Below are positions 6,328 to 10,047 of a stretch of 10,047 nt of DNA, piece after piece. A model generated the notes under the pieces. That model was not told the origin of the DNA and did not search any database. It saw nothing but the letters and a program-made list of their open reading frames with translations. Both the position numbers and the translations under genes were made by a program. Source of the stretch: a virus (taxonomy: Duplodnaviria > Heunggongvirae > Uroviricota > Caudoviricetes); the IMG/VR virus record IMGVR_UViG_2706794662_000010; one strand, given 5' to 3'. Numbering within the stretch: the stretch's first letter is position 1; the number at the start of each line of letters is the position of its first letter.

Positions 6328-7046
6328 AAAATCGCCGCGCTATACGCTGCCAGACCCAGACGGGCATTTTCCCGGTCATCCCATGCGCCCTGAAGGTTGG
6401 CCCGGAAAGAGGAGGTTTTACCGCGGCGCTGGCTCCGACTCTGGTACCACTGCCATTTTTTATCCGCCTCATCAAATGCCTTCTGCGCACTGGCGAGCAT
6501 ATCCGCTGAGGATTCCGGACGACCGATATCCAGAATGGCATCCCACATCGATTTGAATGCCTTCCCTGTTTTATCCGCCCAGGTCTCCAGTGTTCCCATG
6601 TTTTCTTTCAGGCGACGGGTCTGCTCATCAAAGCCTTTCGTGGCGATATCGTTCGCCGCCTGCAATGCCCCGGCCTCGTCTCCGGAACGCTGCAGCTGTG
6701 CAACATACGCAATCTGCTCTGCCGTCACGTTACGGAACTGGCGCGCCATCGCCATCAGTCCCGACGTCGGGTCAGTGGTCAGCTTCCCGAAGGCTTCAGC
6801 GACTTTATCCACCTCCACACCGGATGCAGACGCAAAACGCGCGACACTCTGGTTGATGGCATCAAACTGTTCACCACCACGCACACCGGCATTCACCAGG
6901 GCTGCCAGTGACTCTCTCGCCTGGTTAAACGTCAGCCCTGCTGCCTGCCCGGCTCTTGAGAGAGTCAGCATACGATCGGCAGTCAGTCCGGACTGATTAC
7001 CGGAAAGAACCAGGGTTTTATTAAACGCTGAAAGCGTGGAATCTCC

Positions 7047-7319
7047 NNNNNNNNNNNNNNNNNNNNNNNNNNNNNNNNNNNNNNNNNNNNNNNNNNNNNN
7101 NNNNNNNNNNNNNNNNNNNNNNNNNNNNNNNNNNNNNNNNNNNNNNNNNNNNNNNNNNNNNNNNNNNNNNNNNNNNNNNNNNNNNNNNNNNNNNNNNNNN
7201 NNNNNNNNNNNNNNNNNNNNNNNNNNNNNNNNNNNNNNNNNNNNNNNNNNNNNNNNNNNNNNNNNNNNNNNNNNNNNNNNNNNNNNNNNNNNNNNNNNNN
7301 NNNNNNNNNNNNNNNNNNN
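7047..7319. other. Run of 273 N (masked or unsequenced bases)
   Basis: Directly visible; hides the T stop and the H start. Confidence 1.
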
Positions 7320-7717
7320 TCATCCACCATGACATCCGCCACATCCGCAGACGATAAAATATCGCGCCCTCCGTCCCCACCGAACCGGACGCCTCCGGCA
7401 AGTCCTGCCGCTTTCTGCATCAGCATTTTGTCCTCATCCGGCCTCTCCACCTGCTCTTCCTCATGCCGGGGGACAAGCAGACTGAAATCAGAGGGATGCA
7501 TATCCGGATCGCAAAAAAACAGGCTGAGTACAGCGTACGTCAGCCCGGAAAAATGCATATCCAGCTGGGTATCCTGAAAATAATGCGTGCGGTAAAAACG
7601 GCGCCAGTCGGCATATTCGGTGGATGTCATCCCGGCAAGCATGGCGCGCCAGTCGGGTCTCCCCATCTCACGCGCCAGTCTGAGGGCAAAGTTCAGCTCG
7701 CCGTCGAAGACTTTCCC
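7320..7717 (-). CDS. T: Tail assembly chaperone T region, expressed as G-T fusion by -1 frameshift; 3' end masked
   Basis: Frame -1 relative to G, from the slippery site downward: GKVFDGELNFALRLAREMGRPDWRAMLAGMTSTEYADWRRFYRTHYFQDTQLDMHFSGLTYAVLSLFFCDPDMHPSDF...MLMQKAAGLAGGVRFG..., lambda gpT-like as recalled. The track ORF tail at 6983-7046 is an off-frame reading of H, not T. Confidence 0.8.
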
Positions 7718-8124
7718 GCAGAAAAATCATCATCAGTCAGCGTGTTATTTTTCGCCACTTCAGTAATATCAGTATCCGGACGAACAGCTTCGATCATCCC
7801 GGACAGGCACAACACCACGTCTTCCGCCCGGGCAATGGCATCGGCAGGCCAGGTGGTGAGCACTTCCTGCTCTATCTTCATCACGGCCTCATTCATTGAC
7901 GGTGACTGCGTTTTCTGTGGATGGTTATGCCACAGGGACATCGCCACCAGAAACGCGCCGGTTCTGACGAGATCTTCCACGCTTACCTGCAGGTTGCCGC
8001 TGGATTCTGCCTGTTCTGCACGCCGTTTCAGGAGGGCAAGATGCTCGATACGCTGCAGCGCAGACAATTCGGAAAGCGTGACAGACACACCGTTATATTC
8101 AAATTGTTCTGTTTTCAGAAACAT
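7693..8124 (-). CDS. G: Tail assembly chaperone G
   Basis: 143-aa ORF MFLKTEQFEYNGVSVTLSELSALQRIEHLALLKRRAEQAES...AMSLWHNHPQKTQ..., near-colinear with lambda gpG as recalled; sits between V and T. Confidence 0.9.
   Translation of the reverse strand: MFLKTEQFEYNGVSVTLSELSALQRIEHLALLKRRAEQAESSGNLQVSVEDLVRTGAFLVAMSLWHNHPQKTQSPSMNEAVMKIEQEVLTTWPADAIARAEDVVLCLSGMIEAVRPDTDITEVAKNNTLTDDDFSAGKSSTAS
7711..7717 (-). promoter_or_regulatory. Programmed -1 ribosomal frameshift slippery heptamer G GGA AAG (G-T fusion)
   Basis: Minus-strand GGGAAAG, in-frame as G|GGA|AAG in the G frame, 16-22 nt upstream of the G stop (7693-7695). Same motif and position as the lambda G-T frameshift site. Confidence 0.75.
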
Positions 8125-8137
8125 GTATTACCTCCGT

Positions 8138-8890
8138 TTACCCTGCAGCGCCCGCTTCAGTAACGGTGACTTCAGCCACTGCGGCGAACTGACCATTTCC
8201 GCTCACCACAGGGATCTGCACCTTACCTGTCGCCACGCCGTTTACCGTAATTGTCATATCTTTCACACTAATGGTGGCTTTCGACGGATCGGCGGAAACC
8301 GCTCTGAACGTCTTGTCGGTTGCACTTTCCGGCTCAAAAGAAACCGTCAGGGTGGTTGTTTTCCCTTTTGCCACCGTACCGGATGTCGGCGTCACCTTAA
8401 TCGCACTGACCGGCGTAATTTTGCTGCGTTCTTCCGCTACAGAAGGTTTACCCACGTTAGTGACTTTCACCGTGCGGGTGATCACTTCTTTCGCCGTCAC
8501 GGCCTTACCGATACTGCTGACCCAGCCACGAAACACATCCACCGTGCCATTCGGAAAACGGATTTTATAGGCCCGGACATCGCCGCTTTCAAACCAGCCT
8601 ATAAGCCCTTTCTGGCCTTCCTCTCCCGGTTTCCAGGCCAGCGTAAAACTGGTATCACCTGCAGATTTCTGCCCCTGCCCGGTCGCGCTCCAGTCCGCGT
8701 CTTCATCATCCAGGTAGTTATCATCATAGGATTCAGCCGTCATCTCGCCCGGCGTCAGATCCTTCACCTTAGCCAGTCGCTGCCAGTCATCGTCTGACAA
8801 CGGGTTTGCATAAGCATCAGCCTTGCCGTTGTAAACCCACAGAGTGGTACCGGCACCTTTTACCGGCTCCAGGGGATTTGGTGTTGCCAT
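8138..8890 (-). CDS. V: Major tail tube protein V with C-terminal Ig-like domain
   Basis: 250-aa ORF ...[58 protein letters not shown]...[42 protein letters not shown]..., lambda gpV-like as recalled. Confidence 0.92.
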   Translation of the reverse strand: MATPNPLEPVKGAGTTLWVYNGKADAYANPLSDDDWQRLAKVKDLTPGEMTAESYDDNYLDDEDADWSATGQGQKSAGDTSFTLAWKPGEEGQKGLIGWFESGDVRAYKIRFPNGTVDVFRGWVSSIGKAVTAKEVITRTVKVTNVGKPSVAEERSKITPVSAIKVTPTSGTVAKGKTTTLTVSFEPESATDKTFRAVSADPSKATISVKDMTITVNGVATGKVQIPVVSGNGQFAAVAEVTVTEAGAAG

Positions 8891-8897
8891 ATCGTCC

Positions 8898-9293
8898 TCA
8901 CATCTCGTATGTAATGGAATAAGTCAGATCCGCAGAGCTCCATAACGCCATATCGTCATCACGACGATACTCATAGCCCTGCGTAACCATCGTGGTAATC
9001 AGTCCTGCCAGTGCAGGGATCGCAGTCATCGCCGGATAAATCCGGCTTTCCATCCACTGATCGAGCTCCGAATCAGGTACCTGTGCCGGTAAAAACACCT
9101 CAATATGCAGTGTGGCCCGCCAGGTATCTGCATCCAGCTCTTCACCGGTATACTCTGCATCCGTCAGATAAACCGCGATCGCAGGAAAATCCTCTTCGTC
9201 AAAAACAACGGGGCGACCATCAAACAGCGTCGCCCCGTGTTCATGCTGCTCGAGTGCATCCAGCACTGCGGCACGAATGTCAGTGTGTTTCAT
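8898..9293 (-). CDS. U: Tail terminator protein U
   Basis: 131-aa [57 protein letters not shown]...[13 protein letters not shown], lambda gpU-like; 4-nt start/stop overlap with Z. Confidence 0.92.
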   Translation of the reverse strand: MKHTDIRAAVLDALEQHEHGATLFDGRPVVFDEEDFPAIAVYLTDAEYTGEELDADTWRATLHIEVFLPAQVPDSELDQWMESRIYPAMTAIPALAGLITTMVTQGYEYRRDDDMALWSSADLTYSITYEM

Positions 9294-9865
9294 CGTTTTA
9301 TCGCAATCCTCAGTTGTTGTTTCAGCGCGTATGCCAGTTCTTTAGGCAGGCGTTCACGCCGGATACGGTCAACATTCTCATCAAATGCCTGTTTCAGTGG
9401 GGCCGCCATCGGGATTTTCACCACCTGAATGGGAAGGCGATTACGCTTTTTCCTTCCCTTGTCGTCATTGCCCTCCTCATATCTGGCCTGGGGAAGACGT
9501 TGCATAACATGCCAGCGCCCATTATTTAATCGCTGGATAAATGCCCGCTGATAACGATGCTGACCGGCTTTGAGTATGCTGTTCGGACGACGCCCCAGCA
9601 TTCTGATCCCCAGCTTAATCACAGGGAGATCACCGCGGTTAACGATAATTCTGGCATTCGGATTTCTGACCGTCGCCCGTTTCAGTCTGGACCGTTCCTT
9701 TACCAGTTTCCGTCTCACCCTGGTTTCCCGGGCAACCTGTGACGAAGACTGATTAATCGCCGTTGTGGCCACGCGGTTAATGGTCATTGCAGAAGCAGCC
9801 GGAATGGCGTTTTTACGAACCCGGTTCAGATTGTCAATCGCCTGATCAAGCCCTTTTATCGCCAT
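9290..9865 (-). CDS. Z: Tail completion protein Z
   Basis: 191-aa ORF MAIKGLDQAIDNLNRV...RETRVRRKLVKERSRLKRATV...GRWHVMQRL...VVKIPMAAPL...[25 protein letters not shown], lambda gpZ-like. Confidence 0.92.
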   Translation of the reverse strand: MAIKGLDQAIDNLNRVRKNAIPAASAMTINRVATTAINQSSSQVARETRVRRKLVKERSRLKRATVRNPNARIIVNRGDLPVIKLGIRMLGRRPNSILKAGQHRYQRAFIQRLNNGRWHVMQRLPQARYEEGNDDKGRKKRNRLPIQVVKIPMAAPLKQAFDENVDRIRRERLPKELAYALKQQLRIAIKR

Positions 9866-9879
9866 AATTCACCCTGCGT

Positions 9880-10047
9880 TTATCGTCGCCGGTTAACTGC
9901 GGGTGGTTGCCCACGGTTGAGCCAGAGATAACAGCTGCCCCCGTCATCCGGAGATGTCAGCGCCAGTGATATAAGACGGTAATTCGCCATTTGGATTGTC
10001 CGCTCCACCCAACATGTTGTTTCCTTAAGGTTCTCACACCAGAAAGG
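9880..10047 (-). CDS. FII: Head-tail joining protein FII, C-terminal 55 codons (5' end beyond window)
   Basis: Minus-strand frame ending at stop (complement of 9880-9882) reads ...CWVERTIQMANYRLISLALTSPDDGGSCYLWLNRGQPPAVNRRR. The terminal SPDDGGSC.LWL.RG.PPAVNRRR matches the gpFII C-terminus as recalled; upstream similarity is weaker, with a possible short insertion. Confidence 0.6.
   Translation of the reverse strand, partial: PFWCENLKETTCWVERTIQMANYRLISLALTSPDDGGSCYLWLNRGQPPAVNRRR

Larger units (their letters stand above)
6234..7046 (-). pseudogene. H: Truncated lambda H-like tail tape-measure gene (N-terminal portion only; 5' end masked)
   Basis: Minus-strand frame reads ...GDSTLSAFNKTLVLSGNQSGLTADRMLTLSRAGQAAGLTFNQARESLAALVNAGV...SVARFASASGVEVDKVAEAFGKLTTDPTSGLMAMARQF...AYVAQLQRSGDEAGALQAAN...TRRLKENMGTLETWADKT...WDDRENARLGLAA, colinear with lambda gpH (about residues 145-375 as recalled). 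It then diverges into 36 unrelated codons ending at the stop 6234-6236. The distal half of H is absent. Confidence 0.85.

Noticed and set aside
6209-6996. Plus-strand ORFs 6209-6556, 6397-6996 and 6557-6856
   Set aside because: Antisense to the H-like tape-measure frame, which has clear protein homology; Ser/Pro/Arg-rich composition typical of wrong-frame GC-rich reads.
6983-7401. Track ORFs that traverse the second N-run (7021-7401 -, 7036-7332 +) and the 6983-7046 tail of ORF 6983-7666
   Set aside because: Artefacts of N translation. The sequence below the gap in the T frame is an off-frame reading of H, not the T C-terminus.
7463-8797. 444-aa plus-strand ORF
   Set aside because: Antisense shadow of the well-supported minus-strand V and G genes; Cys/Arg-rich low-complexity translation with no RBS.
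9011-9742. Plus-strand ORFs 9011-9529, 9105-9428, 9557-9742 and 9570-9752
   Set aside because: Antisense to the U and Z genes, which are confidently assigned.
1-10047. CRISPR arrays, tRNA or rRNA genes
   Set aside because: No regularly spaced direct repeats and no cloverleaf-like or rRNA-like sequence noticed; the only iterated motif is the CGGTATCAAA pair at 6296-6327.

Overview
This window looks like a mosaic, prophage-derived accessory region made of two modules that meet at about 6.33-6.35 kb. All homology calls are from reading the translations against remembered protein families; no searches were run.

Left module (+ strand, 1-6216): the 3' end of a tail-fibre gene, a tail-fibre assembly chaperone, an oppositely oriented alternative fibre C-terminal cassette, and a Gin/Pin/Cin/Hin-family serine invertase whose N-terminus lies in a 268-nt N-run. 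This reads as a G-segment-like fibre-switching locus. It is followed by about 3.4 kb of cargo: a 684-aa SASA/SGNH-type esterase with a Pro/Thr linker and lectin-like C-terminal domain (NanS-p-like), two small RBS-supported ORFs, and a divergent 97-aa orphan. The module ends with a com-mom pair (Com zinc finger overlapping a Mom-like ORF out of frame), preceded by a GATC-containing palindrome.

Right module (- strand, 6234-10047): lambda-like tail genes FII (partial), Z, U, V, G, the G-T frameshift extension with a conserved GGGAAAG slippery site, and an H-like tape-measure gene cut off after roughly 200 visible codons. A second N-run (273 nt) hides the T/H boundary.

The most interesting features are the junction, which carries iterated CGGTATCAAA motifs and may be the terminus of a Mu-like transposable prophage inserted into H, and the cargo block between invertase and com-mom, which is a candidate uncharacterised accessory or anti-defence locus.
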